From: Chrysomallon squamiferum | Taxonomy: Eukaryota; Animalia; Mollusca | DNA: 64,000 nucleotides | Direction: 5' to 3' | Assembly: GCA_012295275.1 (NCBI GenBank) | Contig: CM022677.1 | Span: forward strand, 3,224,001-3,288,000 | Shown here: piece after piece, positions 1 through 13,145 of the stretch | Position numbering within the stretch: the stretch's first letter is position 1 | Layout of the letters: every line of letters starts with the position of its first letter | Program-made: the position numbers and the translations under genes | The notes under the pieces: model-generated | Database searches by the model: none | Seen by the model: the letters and a program-made list of their open reading frames with translations, nothing else | Told to the model about the DNA's origin: nothing

Positions 1-129
1 TATTTATATTACATGTTTTATGTTCTAAACAGAGATGCAGCTATAATATTATGTATTGAAAACACAGTTTATTGAAAAATACAAGTGTTATTTTTTAATT
101 AACAATAGTAGAGCTGCTTCTCGCATCCT

Positions 130-250
130 TGTTGTTTCCGGCACTTTTCTAGCTCGTTGGAGCTCTCCTAGTCATCACCGGGTCCGTGTTGGTTGCGTCC
201 TGTTTGTTTGTTTGTCCTCTTCTCGGCTGCTGCTGATATTTCTTTGATCT
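130..250 (-). mobile_element. Diverged fragment of LINE family A 3' UTR
   Basis: Reverse complement contains CAACACGGACCCGGTGATG...GTGCCGGA, shared with the family A 3' UTR at ~13190-13250. Confidence 0.55.
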
Positions 251-742
251 GTTTTGGCTGCTTCCTTCTGGTCCAACAATTCCAATTTTTTTTTTTTTTT
301 TTTTTTGCCAATGGTCTTTTTATTGATTAAAAGAATGCTGTGAACACCTGTAACTAAAAACAATAACATGAGTGTAGTTAACTTATTTACAGTTTTTTTC
401 TTTTCTTTTATTTTATTTTTCTATTCTAATTAAAAAGATGTTATAAATATTTGCAGCTAAGAATAAGAACGTGAACTTATTTACATTTATTATGTACAAG
501 AGAAAAGAAGAAAAAAAACCCCAACAAAACCGTTTTAGTATGGTCTGAAAGTAGGTGCGTATAGCACGTATAATTTTCATTTTAATTATTAATTTAATTG
601 GCAATTCAAATTGATCCGTCAGTCAGCCGTTCCATCCATAGATCCATCGGCTGTTCAACCGATCAATCTGTAAGTCAATAAATTCATATAACAGTTGTTT
701 TTTTGTTTTTTTGTGTAAACAAAAAAAAAAAAAAAAAAAGTA

Positions 743-1940
743 TAAAGTTTGTATTTTGTGTTGAGAATGTAATTTGTTACTGCAGCGAGGACTAACTCTC
801 TGTCTTTCATGTTTGGTGCCAGGATGTGTTGGAGCGTGAACTCGATTTTTAGTTCCGCCAGTGTATTTCGTAGTGCTTGTCTTTCCTTGGCGAAATTCTG
901 ACATTGAAACAAGTAGTGTTCCACAGCTGCAGTTGGGTGATGTGGTGATGTTATGTTTGTATTGAATTGCGTTTACATTGGTTGAGTAACCAATTCTGGC
1001 TTTGGTGAGATTGTTGTTGTGTAGTTTGTTGGCGAGTGTGATTTTGGGTGTTTTCGTGAGTGGTTTGATGTTCAAGTGCCATTTGTTTTTGGTGTTGTTC
1101 CATTCGTTTTGGCATTGTTTGTCGTAATGTTTGGCAGCGATGGACACAATTTCGTTTATTCCGTAATGTATGTCTGTGCAGTTTCTCTTCGTCTTTAATG
1201 CTGAGTGACTCTTTGGCGTAATGGTCGGCAAGTTCGTTGCCGATGATGCCGACGTGTGCTGGGAGCCACTCGATGATTAGTTGTTTCTTGTTGTGTTGTA
1301 TGTCCTCGTGTAGATGTTGTATTCTGCTGAGTAGGTCTGGTCTGCTGGAATGTCCGGACTGTATGGAGATGACAGAACTTAGACTGTCTGAGAATATGAC
1401 TGTGTGTTTGTTGTTGTTGTGTTTCACCCACAGCATTGCTCTGATGATGGCTACCAATTCGGCCGTGTATGCCGAAAGGTGATTTCTGATGCGGCCGAAT
1501 TGTTTGCATGTGAGTTTGTTTGTGTGATCTTGGGCTATGAAGGCGAATCCTACTCTCCCGTTGTCTGGGTTTTTGGATCCGTCAGTGTAGATGTGCGTGT
1601 GTTGTTTGTAGTGGTCGTTTGCTGCTGCTAGAAATATGGCTTTTTTGAAGGGTGGTATCTCTGTTTTGTCTGTTTCTGTCTTGATCAGGAAAGGTGTGTT
1701 TATTGCTGGTTTTGTTTCTTTGTGGTATGCCGGCAGTGACATTTCCCCTATTCCTGTTTCCCTTTCGATTTAGCTGGCGTTACTATGGAAATTCAATAGT
1801 AGTAGATTTAAAGGGTTGCCCTATTCTTTGTTGGTCAGTGACCAGATCCTTGACAGGGTTGTCTGTGTTGAGGGTTATGTATTCTCAGGTTGTATTACAG
1901 CTTTTTCTGTATTTTAGTGGTTGGATGCTGTATTCTGACA
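743..1940 (-). mobile_element. Truncated, internally deleted I-group LINE family A (RNase H and C-terminal zinc finger region)
   Basis: ORFs 951..1742, 623..1231 and 655..924 carry YTDGSK, TAELVAI, FSDSLS, WLPAHVGIIGNELAD (RNase H) and CSCG...HYLFQC; near-identical to 7420-8000 and 12498-13145; frameshifted. Confidence 0.9.
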
Positions 1941-2410
1941 GTATTCTAGTAACAATAGTAGCAATAGGAATAACAGTATCTGTATTAGTAGTAAGATTGG
2001 CATAAAAGTAAAAATTATAATTTGAATACTAATTATAATAGTATTGACAGTAACAGGACACTATTTGTAGTGATATGTTATAAAAACAGTCACAATTGTA
2101 GCATAAGTACCTATATTACTATTGATAAATATGGCTGTTGTAGCAGTAGTTAACACTGTCATTATAACATAGTAATTGTAGTAGTGGTGTGATATTAACT
2201 ATTATTAAATCAATATGTACCACACATGCTCACATGCAAGATACACTGCAATACAATAAAACACACAGGTACATATGTGTGTGTGTGTATACAGACACAC
2301 ACACACACTCACACAGATATATACAATGCATATACCGCATAGTTACAGATGTTCACATAGATACCTGCACAGATTATTTCACATTATTCAAACTACTAAC
2401 ATTATCTCAC

Positions 2411-2607
2411 GTTTGTACGCTCCTCTGACGGACACGGGAACTGTTGTTGTTAATGGAATTCTGGCTTCCTGCTTTGCAACTGATCTCAATCAAGATTTCA
2501 TACAACATTTCACTGTATCTCCATTTCGATGGTTCCCTTGGTTGTTAGAGCCCTGGCAAGAAGTGATTACAGTCCTACATTGTCCAACTTGGAACTCGTA
2601 TATATAA
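2411..2607 (+). pseudogene. Hedgehog/Hog-type Hint domain C-terminal exon, orphan, probably a pseudo-exon
   Basis: Translates to (G)LYAPLTDTGTVVVNGILASCFA, matching the Hint C-terminal motif GxYAPLTxxGT(I/L)VVNGVLASC(Y/F)A; the expected acceptor reads CAC|GT instead of CAG|GT; no other exons recognised. Confidence 0.75.
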
Positions 2608-2768
2608 GTCTTGTCGGTTGTACTTCGTGGCTGAAATAAAGTTATACAATTACCACAACTGTATTTCACGTTTCTAGATGAAAACTTTAAGTTTGATATT
2701 AAAGAAACCATTTTCTCCTCCATTTGCTTCTTTCTTGCTTCCCTATCTGTTTTCGTTTTTTCATTTCA

Positions 2769-2822
<54 letters not shown>

Positions 2823-2834
2823 GTTATTATTATC

Positions 2835-3938
2835 GCTTAACTTTAATTATTACTACAATCACATCGCTCTTTTTATTGTTTCCGCAAATTTTTCAACTCC
2901 ATGGCGTTGTTATTAAAAAAGGCTGGCTTTTAGTAATTAAGGAGAGAAGTAAGCGAAGGAAACGGTGAAGACGAGAATTCAGTCAGGCGGGGAAACCAAA
3001 TGTTTTCGAATGACATTTTCTTTACGGACGAGTATGGTAAGCAATTGTCTATTCTTATTTTGATAGGATGTAATGTGCAATTAACCTGTGTCAATGACAT
3101 TGATTGTACCCAATCGAATCATTAATCAAAATGATTTAAACGTATGTTTTATAATGTATTATTATCAAGTCATAATTAAATAATTAATGTAAACCTTAAC
3201 TTGTATAGTGGATAGGTAGAGTTATTGATTTATATAGTTTGCTGTCATTTTAGCGTTTATATTCCTTGTTAGGTGACCATTAAAGCACCTTGTTACCCTA
3301 CACTGAGCCTTAATAGAACATCCAAGGTGTTTAAAGGTGTGACCACGTGACAGTCGTCTCTTTATAACACTCCACAGTGAACCATCATAACACATTTCTG
3401 AACAGCAGTATTTGAACATACTCTAATTAATACGCATTGTAAAATTACCCGATTTATACCATCAGCCAGCTGCATTCATCTGCAGTCATAAAGCAAACCA
3501 GTTTTCATTTTGTGTCGTATTTCATCAGTAAAGATTGTATTTTCTACGCAGCTATATTTTAAAAAAAGTAAAATAAAAATAACTTTTACTGCTATTCAGC
3601 TTGGTACAGTGTGACAACCTGATTAGTGCCTCTTTGCCAGACTTGTTTTCAATTGTAATTTTGTTTTCTTTGAAGTGAATTATAGAATATTCACTAAATC
3701 TTTATTTTTATATACCCCTTAAAGCAGAATGTCTGCTACATTTTATCATAAATATCTTATTATATTACGATAGTATTTATTTAGTTATGTTGTATAATCA
3801 TGTTTATAATTTATATTTTTACAGTCCTTAACTCTTTACGTAATTAATGACAGAAAATAGGGTTAAATACACAAAAACTAAATAGCAGATCCTATCCAGA
3901 TGTACACGGGCTATTAAGAAGTTGTTTTATATAATTAC
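2835..3938 (+). repeat. Duplicated segment of intron 2 of the LigB-like gene
   Basis: High identity to 57905-58540, 47950-48775, 25620-26600 and 40410-41310. Confidence 0.85.
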
Positions 3939-4795
3939 CAATTACTACCAATTACGAAATCAACATCAACCTAAAGAAACAACAAAAGCAAATGATACAA
4001 CAATATATAAATACATTTCAAAAGATTTGGGTTTTTATTACCCCTATGCAAACAAACTAGATTTCTTTGAAATGTTTATCAAAGAACTAGTACAACAAAC
4101 AAATTCAACACTAGTCGGTGTGGAAATGTGGAAAAAGCCAAATTACCGAACCACACTGACGTTTAACAGCAAATTAACCAACACAACCATCACCATTGAT
4201 GGCTACAAATATACACTAGCAGAAATGAGGCCGCAGTTGCCCAAGTGCGGCCACTGTCAGAAATGGGGGCATATCACAAACCAGTGCACCCACAGACACA
4301 ACCCGAAACATTTAACGTGTAGTTTCTGCAGTGGAAATCACCACAGAAACTCAGACCTATGCCGGTCTCTGGCAAAATGCGCAAATTGCCAGGGGCCACA
4401 CGAATCTCACTACAAGATGTGCCCAGCCAAAATAAAAGCAAACAACAACTTTGAACACAACAGGAGAGACAAGAAAATCTTACAAAATATCAACAAAAAA
4501 TGCCAGAAAATGGAACAAAAAAACCGAAACAATCATGGAAACAATGGACCAACACAACAACAAACAGACAGACAATCTGGACAAGGAGGTCAGGATCGCA
4601 GAAATCCATAAAATCATTGTCTGCCTCTTGATAGAGCTTCAAAACATCAGAACCAATCAAGGAAACGGCAATGACGACGCCAATTTGGAACACACAGTAG
4701 TTGAAGACAGCCTGGGTTTCAAAATTCACACAAACGACAAAAGACTAAAACTACACACAGACAGGAGAAATTCCACAAACACAAAACAACAGTGA
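3939..4795 (+). pseudogene. LINE A ORF1 (gag-like, three zinc knuckles), 5'-truncated, frameshifted
   Basis: CGHCQKWGHITNQC, CSFCSGNHHRNSDLC, CANCQGPHESHYKMC in ORF 3922..4611, continuing in 4451..4795. Confidence 0.85.
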
Positions 4796-4829
4796 ACAAA
4801 AACAAAACAAAACAAACAGTAACAGCCAT

Positions 4830-7800
4830 TTACAAACTCTTCACGATAAGCACACAAGAACACAGGCCTCTCCGTTCTTCAATGAACGCTAAAGGCTTCA
4901 CTCAACAGGCCACGGAGACGAATTACTACACATCCTGGCCTCCACTACAAACACACCGGACATAATATGTATTCAAGAAACATGGCTGGGACATTCCAAC
5001 AAAAACAACAAAACAAAAAATACCTTTAAGGTCCCCGGGTACCAAAGTCATTACGTCAACAGGTAAAACAGCACTCGGGGAGACATCATGACTCTCGTCA
5101 AACAAGACATTCCACACACCAAGCTGAACCAAGCCAAAGTTCACGCCAACATAGAAATATTAAGTATCACAGTACACAACAACAATCAAAACATCGACAT
5201 CATTAACGTATACAGCCCACCCACTCCCGCACTACACACCATTCAAACCCACGACTTAAACAAAATGATCACAACAAACAACAAGGTCATTATAGTGGGC
5301 GATATCAGCTGTCACAACACCCTATGGGGTGGCTCGACAGACGACAGCCCTGGAATCGTCCTCGAAGATTTCCTAGAGCAAAACCAGCTGGTCTGTTTGA
5401 ACGACGGAACATTCACATACACCAGCGACATCAATGGTGGCCAAACCGCCATTGATGTAACATTCACAAGTAAGGACATCGCAGCGCTCTCCGAATGGCA
5501 AGTGCTCGATGAGCTAAACAGCGACCACCACCCGATACTCACCAACTACAACAGCAAGAACACCTTCTCGGACAGACCCATCTTCACACCGAAATGGAAC
5601 TTCAACAAAGCGGACTGGGAAGGCTTCTACAAAGCATGCAGAAACATCAACACGCAGAACTCCAACGACATCGACGCCTACCGCGCATCACTCACCAACA
5701 CGATACACTCCATTGCAATCAGATACATACCCAAAACCAGAAAATGCACCGGCAAAATATCCACTCCCTGGTGGACGGAACGCATAGAAAAGAAATGCAA
5801 AGAGAGAAACAAATACAGAAGACAATACAAAAAAGACAGAAATCATTCTACGCACGAAAAATATAAAATATCAAAAAAAGAAGTTTCCAACCTAATACTC
5901 ACAGCGAAACAAGAACACTGGGAACTTTTTTGCAACAACATCGACCACAAAACATCAGTCAAAGACATGTGGGCCAAAGTAAAAAACATTCAAGGAAAAA
6001 AACCCCACAGAATTAACACTCTCGGCAAAAGCAACATCGCATTCACTGACAAGCAAAAAGCGGACCTACTCAGCCAAACCTTCGCCAAGTCCAGCAGCAA
6101 TTCGAACTTCCCACTGAAATTCGCAAAGAAACCACTGGACAACCAAGCAATCGGCGAACACTCCGCAGACACAGAAAACATGAAATACAATCAACTATTC
6201 AACATCAGCGAATTAAAACATGCACTCAAAAACAAGAAAAGTACAGCCACGGGGCCAGATAAAATAAGCTACACAATACTACAACACCTACCAGACGAAA
6301 CACTACTCGTCATACTCGATCTTTACAACGCAATATGGACCACCGGCAAGATTCCAACAAACTGGAAACACGCCGAGTGTTTCAGCTTGCCCAAACCACA
6401 CAAAGATCACTCACTACCCAACAGCTACAGGCCGATCACGCTGACGTCACACATGTGCAAAACATTGGAAACAATGATCAACACACGCCTGAACCAGCAT
6501 TTAAACGACAACAATTTAATCAGCAAATTTCAAAGCGGCTTCAGGAAGAAACACAGCACAAACAACCAGATCACCTGCCTGCAAACATCCATCAACCAAT
6601 CTTTTAGAAAATCAAAAAAAGTCATAGCAGTTTTTTTAGACATTGAAAAAGCATTCGACATGGTATGGAGGGAAGGACTGCTCGTTAAATTAATCAACAA
6701 CAACATCAAAGGCAACATGTTCAACTTTATCAAAGACTTTATTAACAACAGAACCATAGCAGTCAAAGTAAACGGTCACACCTCAGAGAAAACGACAATC
6801 GAAAACGGCATCCCACAAGGATCCGTGATCTCGCCAACACTCTTCAACATCTACATCAACGACATCGTCACAGCACTCGACAAACAAGACAACGCCAGAA
6901 ATCCACCAAAGGAACCAATAAATACAGCACTCTTTGCAGACGACTGCGCCTTTTGGTGTGCAGGCAGATCGACCGCAGCAATACAGAAACAAATACAAAA
7001 AGACTTAAACAACGTAAACGACTGGATGTTGAAATGGGGCAAAAAGATTTCTCTTTCCAAAACAACATGCCTCCTTTTCAACAAGAAATCAGACAACAGC
7101 AAGATCACACTCAACATCGACAACAACGTCATAACACAAACAAAGACATTCAAATTTCAACTTCCGATGCCACATACACAACATAATTGCATCCTGCAAA
7201 AAAACAATCAATCTTCTAAAGTTAATTTCCGGAACCAGTTGGGGAGCAAACGAGTCAACGCTGATTTTGATACACAAAGCGTGTATTCTCTCCAAGCTCG
7301 ACTACGGAGCCACGGCTTACTCGAATGCTCCCAAACTCTATTTAAAAAAACTAGACACAATTCAATCAAGTGCCCTCAGGGTGATCGGCCACCTGCCAAA
7401 CACAACACCATCCGACAGCCTCCTGTCGGAATACAGCATCCAATCATTAAAATACAGAAGAAAACTGCAGCTACTAAAATACAACCTGAAAATACACACA
7501 CTCAACACAGACCACCCGGTCAAGGATCTGGTCCCCGACCAACAAAGGATAGGACAACTCTTTAAATCGCATAGTCTACTGCTATCGAATTTCCCGACAA
7601 CAGCTAGCGAAATCGAAAGGGAAACAGGAATAGGGGAAATGCCACTGCCGGCATACCACAAAGAAACAAAACCAACAATAAACACACCTTTCCTGATCAA
7701 AAGAGAAACTGACAAAACAGAGATCCCACCGTTCAAAAAAGCCATTTTTTTGGCAGCAGCAAACGACCACTACAAACAACACACGCACATCTACACTGAC

Positions 7801-8026
7801 GGATCCAAAAACCCAGACAACGGGAGAGTAGGATTCGCCTTCATAGCCCAAGATCACACAAACAAACCCACATGCATACAATTCGGCCGTATCAGAAATC
7901 ACCTTTCGGTGTATACGGCCGAATTGGTAGCCATCATCAGAGCCATGCTGTGGGTAAAACACAACAACAACAAACACACAGTCATATTCTCGGACAGTCC
8001 GTGATCTGATCTCAATACAATCCGGA
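4830..8026 (+). pseudogene. LINE A ORF2 5' part (APE endonuclease, RT, start of RNase H), disrupted
   Basis: LSVLQ*NAKG (Trp to stop) near 4880; ORF 5088..7565 covers APE-RT; small deletion/frameshift near 7157 relative to the copy at 18565; ORF 7267..8004 continues into RNase H. Confidence 0.9.
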
Positions 8027-8201
8027 TACAATAAGGTAAGGTAAAACAACAACAACAACAAAATCGAAATGAAAATACATTCACCATCGCGCCGTCGTGA
8101 TCTCGCAATTCAATTTTACGTTTGGAAGATACTTTTTTTTCAAAACGCACGCACGCACGCACACACACAGGCACGCACGCACACACACACACACACACAC
8201 A

Positions 8202-8267
<66 letters not shown>

Positions 8268-8324
8268 CGCGAGCTGAAATAACACACACACAGTCAGATA
8301 TACACAATCAACACACGGTCACTC

Positions 8325-8374
<50 letters not shown>

Positions 8375-9183
8375 AAAATAAAATAAAAAAGAAAAAAGAA
8401 ATAAATATTAAGAAAAAAAATAAAAAAAAAAAATATATATATATATATATGACGAGAGAAAAGGAAAAAACACATCGGGTTTCATCCGTCCACTGTCACA
8501 GCCTTCATTTCCTTACACGGCTTATCTCCCTCTAATAATTCTCGTTTCGTGTAGTCGTCGAAATTACCAGAGAAAAATAATCTCTAAATTCGATGCAAAG
8601 TTGCCGCCACGTTTGTGTGCTTGATTCCAAAAATCATTCTATATGGATTTAGTTTGAACTTGGTGCTGCCAAAAAAAAATTGTTGTGTTTTTTTTTTTTT
8701 TTTGGTTTATTTTTTTTTCAACAGGGTTCAATACGTTTAATAAATGAGTTAGTTTTGCTGCAGTGAACAAAAAAAAAACGCATGCAAGACCGAGTCCACG
8801 GCACCGACGCACACTAGGCACACTGTCGTCTGTGGAGTGGGCTCGATCTTCCATTCGTAAAGATGTTTTCTGACTAACTGCAACAACAACAACAACAACA
8901 ACAACAACGTGTCTGATCATTTTATAAATTAAATCGTAATCGTCGTTATTTTCAATTAAGACAGAATTTAATCATTTTAATGTTCGAAGAGAACTGGTCA
9001 ATTGTAAATGGGTAGGTTATTCGTCAATAGATGAGGCAACTGCCGAATTGTCCGGCAGTGCCTGAAAAATAAAAAAAAAAAAGAAAGAAAAAAGAAAAAA
9101 AAAAAAAAAAAAAAAAAAGACGAACCGACGTCTATTTATCTTCGTTCTTCTTATTGCGTGCGCTGAATAACGACAACGATAAC

Positions 9184-9236
<53 letters not shown>

Positions 9237-9577
9237 ATGATGATGATGATAATAAAATCGAAATGAAAATACATTAATTATCGCGCCGTCGTGATCTCGC
9301 AATTCAATTTTACGTTGGAAGATACCTTTTTCGAACCGGCACGCGCACCCACGCCCGCACACGCACGCACGCACGCACACGCACACACACAGGCGCGTTC
9401 TGAAATAACAAACATACGTACACACACAATCAGACATACACAACACGGTCACTCCAAAACCTGCGCCCACACACACACTCGCTACCGATGTCAATTCGAT
9501 GTTGCTGTTGCTCTAAAAATAAAAGAAAGAAAGAAAGAAAGAAAGAAAAAAAAAAAAAAAAAAAAGAAAAAAAAAAG

Positions 9578-9609
<32 letters not shown>

Positions 9610-9614
9610 AGGCG

Positions 9615-9733
9615 TGTCTACGGCACTCGGTGTTCCCAGGCGGTCACCCATCCAAGTACTGTCCGAGCCCTGCGTTGCTTAACTTCGGTGATCGGACGAG
9701 AACCGGTGCTTTCAACGTGGTGTGGCCGTAGAC
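9615..9733 (-). rRNA. 5S rRNA gene
   Basis: 119 nt GTCTACGGCCACACCACGTTGAAAGC...GATCACCGAAGTTAAGC...AGTACTTGGATGGGTGACCGCCTGGGAACACCGAGTGCCGTAGACA; perfect helix I (GTCTACGGC/GCCGTAGAC), box A and box C intact, T-run terminator downstream, ATAAATA element upstream. Confidence 0.97.
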
Positions 9734-9811
9734 GATCGCTTTAACGAACCGAGGTCTATTTATCTTTGTTGTTCTTATTGCGTGCGCGCTAAAAATAACG
9801 ATGACGATGGC

Positions 9812-9875
<64 letters not shown>

Positions 9876-9934
9876 TGAAAAAAAGAATAAATAAAAAAAA
9901 AATATGTAAAACTTAAAATAAAAAACAAAAAAAA

Positions 9935-10022
<88 letters not shown>

Positions 10023-10028
10023 AAAAAA

Positions 10029-10068
<40 letters not shown>

Positions 10069-10186
10069 AAGCGCTGGCAGTATTCGATCTTCTTGTTCTT
10101 CTTCTTCTACTCAAAGAAAGAAAGAAAGAAAAGAAAGCGCCATGCGTGTGTGTGTGTGTCTGTGCATCTACGGTACTGTACTGTAC

Positions 10187-10291
<105 letters not shown>

Positions 10292-10370
10292 CGGTAATGA
10301 TAATAATAGAAAGGTTTCGTACTTATCCTGTGTTCACGAGTCATTTTGCACGAAATTAGCATTATTGCTG

Positions 10371-10402
<32 letters not shown>

Positions 10403-10485
10403 GTGGTGCTGCTGCTGCTGTTGTTGTTGTTGTTGTGAACAGCATTTCGTCTTTCGTGGTGATGGACTGTAAAGTGTCACTGTCA

Positions 10486-10517
<32 letters not shown>

Positions 10518-10540
10518 CTTAATTTTTGTGCAGTGTTTAA

Positions 10541-10775
10541 GGCGAAATTGACATCGGTAGCGAGTACCGAGACCCAGTTTTCTAACGTTCATCTCACCGT
10601 TGCCATGGGAACCGATCTCAGCTCAGCTCCGTTCGGCTACACTCGGGTAGGGTCGGGTCGGGTCAGGTCGGGTCGGGTCGACTGCACTCCACTCGGCGGA
10701 CGAGAGAAAAAGAAAAAAGCCGTCGGGCTTCATCCGTCCACTGCCTATTATTATTACTGTTTGTTGTTGTTGTTG

Positions 10776-10829
<54 letters not shown>

Positions 10830-11101
10830 TTTTAAGTTCATTAGTCACTATTTGGGATAAATGATGAAAATTCTGTAAATAAGCAATGTGAGAATTCAGC
10901 TCAAAGAAAAAGATTTTTACTTATAAAAGTTGAACTTAATAAAAATATAGGTGATGCTCTATAATGGACCCAGTGTAATTTATACATTCCAGGTTTACTG
11001 GTACCAGCCTTTCCTAGTAATAAAGTATAACAATATTTTGAAAAGTGGGTCTCGGAACTCACTACCGATGTCAATATCACTTAAAACTGCAGAAAAAAAA
11101 A

Positions 11102-11145
<44 letters not shown>

Positions 11146-11351
11146 AAAAAAGAAAAAAAAAAGAAAAAAAATTAAAAAAAAAAAAAAAAAAAAATAAAAA
11201 AAAAAAAAATAAAATAAATAAAAATATGACGAGAGAAAAGGAAAAGAGCCGCCGGGTTTCATCCGTCCACTGTCAATTATTATTGTTGTTGTTGTTGTTG
11301 TTGTTATTATTATTGTTGCTGCTGCTGTTGCTGTTGTTTTTATTATCATCA

Positions 11352-11431
<80 letters not shown>

Positions 11432-11891
11432 TTTTATTTGTTTGTTTTTGTTTTTTGTTTGTTTGTTTGTTTGTTTGTTTGTTTGTTTGTTTGTTTATTT
11501 ATTTATTTATTTATTTACTTATTTTCTAAATGACTAAAAAAAAAAAAAAAAAAAAATAAATAAAATAAATAAAAAAAACATTGAAATTGAAATGCATTAA
11601 TAATCGCGCCGTCGTGATGTGCCAATTCAGTTTCACATTGGAAGACACCTTTTTCAAACCGACGCACGCACGCACGCACACACACACACACACACACACA
11701 ATACAATACAATACATACACATACACGCACGCACATACAATACAATACTTAATATGGCACAAAATGCAATACATACATACACGCAGACACGGTCGCACAA
11801 ACACAAACATAAACACACGGTTCCCATGGCAGCGCTGAGATGAATGTTTGAAAACTGGGTCCCGGTACTCGCTACCGATGACAATTTCACC
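10541..11891. mobile_element. Putative TTAA-flanked non-autonomous element / ~75-85 bp inverted repeat within the 5S spacer (Kolobok-like termini)
   Basis: TTAA|GGCGAAATTGACATCGGTAGCGAGTACC... and ...GGTACTCGCTACCGATGACAATTTCACC|TTAA are imperfect reverse complements. Confidence 0.4.
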
Positions 11892-11900
11892 TTAAGCAGT

Positions 11901-12003
<103 letters not shown>

Positions 12004-12026
12004 AAAAAAAAAAAAAATAAAAAAAA

Positions 12027-12085
<59 letters not shown>

Positions 12086-12210
12086 AAAAAAAAAAAAAAA
12101 AAAAAATAAAATAAAATAAAAAAAAAAAAAAAAAAAAAAAATAATAATAATAAAGAAATAATAAAAAATAAAATAAAACAAAATAAAATAAATAAAAAAT
12201 AAATAAAAAA

Positions 12211-12273
<63 letters not shown>

Positions 12274-12490
12274 AAAAATAAAAAATAAAAATAAATAAAT
12301 AATAATAATAATAAAAAATAAAAATAATAATAATAATAATAATAATAACAATAACAACAAAACAATAACAATAACAATAACAATAACAACAACTCCGGAC
12401 TGATCAAACACGAAGGTATTTCCCTTCCTCCCGTACGCCGAGCCGAGTGCGTGCTGAGCGGGGCGAACAGGTAAGGAAATAACAACAATA

Positions 12491-13145
12491 AAGTTCCGTG
12501 ATCTCAATACAATCCGGAAGTTCCAGCAGACCAGACCTGCTCAGCAAAATACAACAACTACACGAGGACATACAACACAACAAGAAAGAACTAACCATGG
12601 AGTGGCTCCCAGCACACGTCGGCATCATCGGTAACGAACTTGCCGACCACTACGCCAAAGAGTCACTCAGCATTAAAGACGAAGACATCTGCACAGACAT
12701 ACATTACGGAATAAACGAAATTGTCTCCATCGCTGCCAAACATTACGACAAACAATGGCAAAACGAATGGAACAACACCAAAAACAAATGGCACTTAAAC
12801 ATCAAACCACTCGCCAAAACACCCAAAATCACACTCGCCAACAAACTACACAACAACAATCTCACCAAAGCCAGAATTGGTTACTCAACCAATCTAAACG
12901 CAATTCGATACAAACATAACATCACCACATCACCCAACTGCAGTTGTGGACTCTCAGAAACCATGAAACACTACTTGTTTCACTGTCCAAATTTTGCCAA
13001 GGAAAGACAAGCACTACGCAATACACTGGAGGAACTAAAAATCGAGTTCACGCTCCAACACATCCTGGCACCAAACATGAAAGACAGACAGTTAGTCCTC
13101 GCTGCAGTAACAAATTACATTCTCAACACAAAACACAAACTTTAA
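12491..13145 (+). pseudogene. LINE A ORF2 3' part (rest of RNase H and C-terminal CCHC)
   Basis: ORF 12498..13145: WLPAHVGIIGNELADHYAK, CSCGLSETMKHYLFHC. Confidence 0.9.

Noticed and set aside
3500-3535. Hammerhead-like CTGATGA...GAAA on the minus strand
   Set aside because: No stem II pairing or flanking stems.
8610-8670. U2 snRNA or SL RNA suggested by TGATTTTTGGAATCA on the minus strand
   Set aside because: No U2 5' sequence (ATCGCTTCTCGGCC, GTGTAGTA) or SL donor/stem layout around it.
12392-12476. GC-rich end of 5S unit as an HDV-like ribozyme, and its TTTGATCAGT match to the LINE target
   Set aside because: GGCGAA is present but no P1/P2/P3 pairing can be built; a single 10-mer match is plausible by chance.
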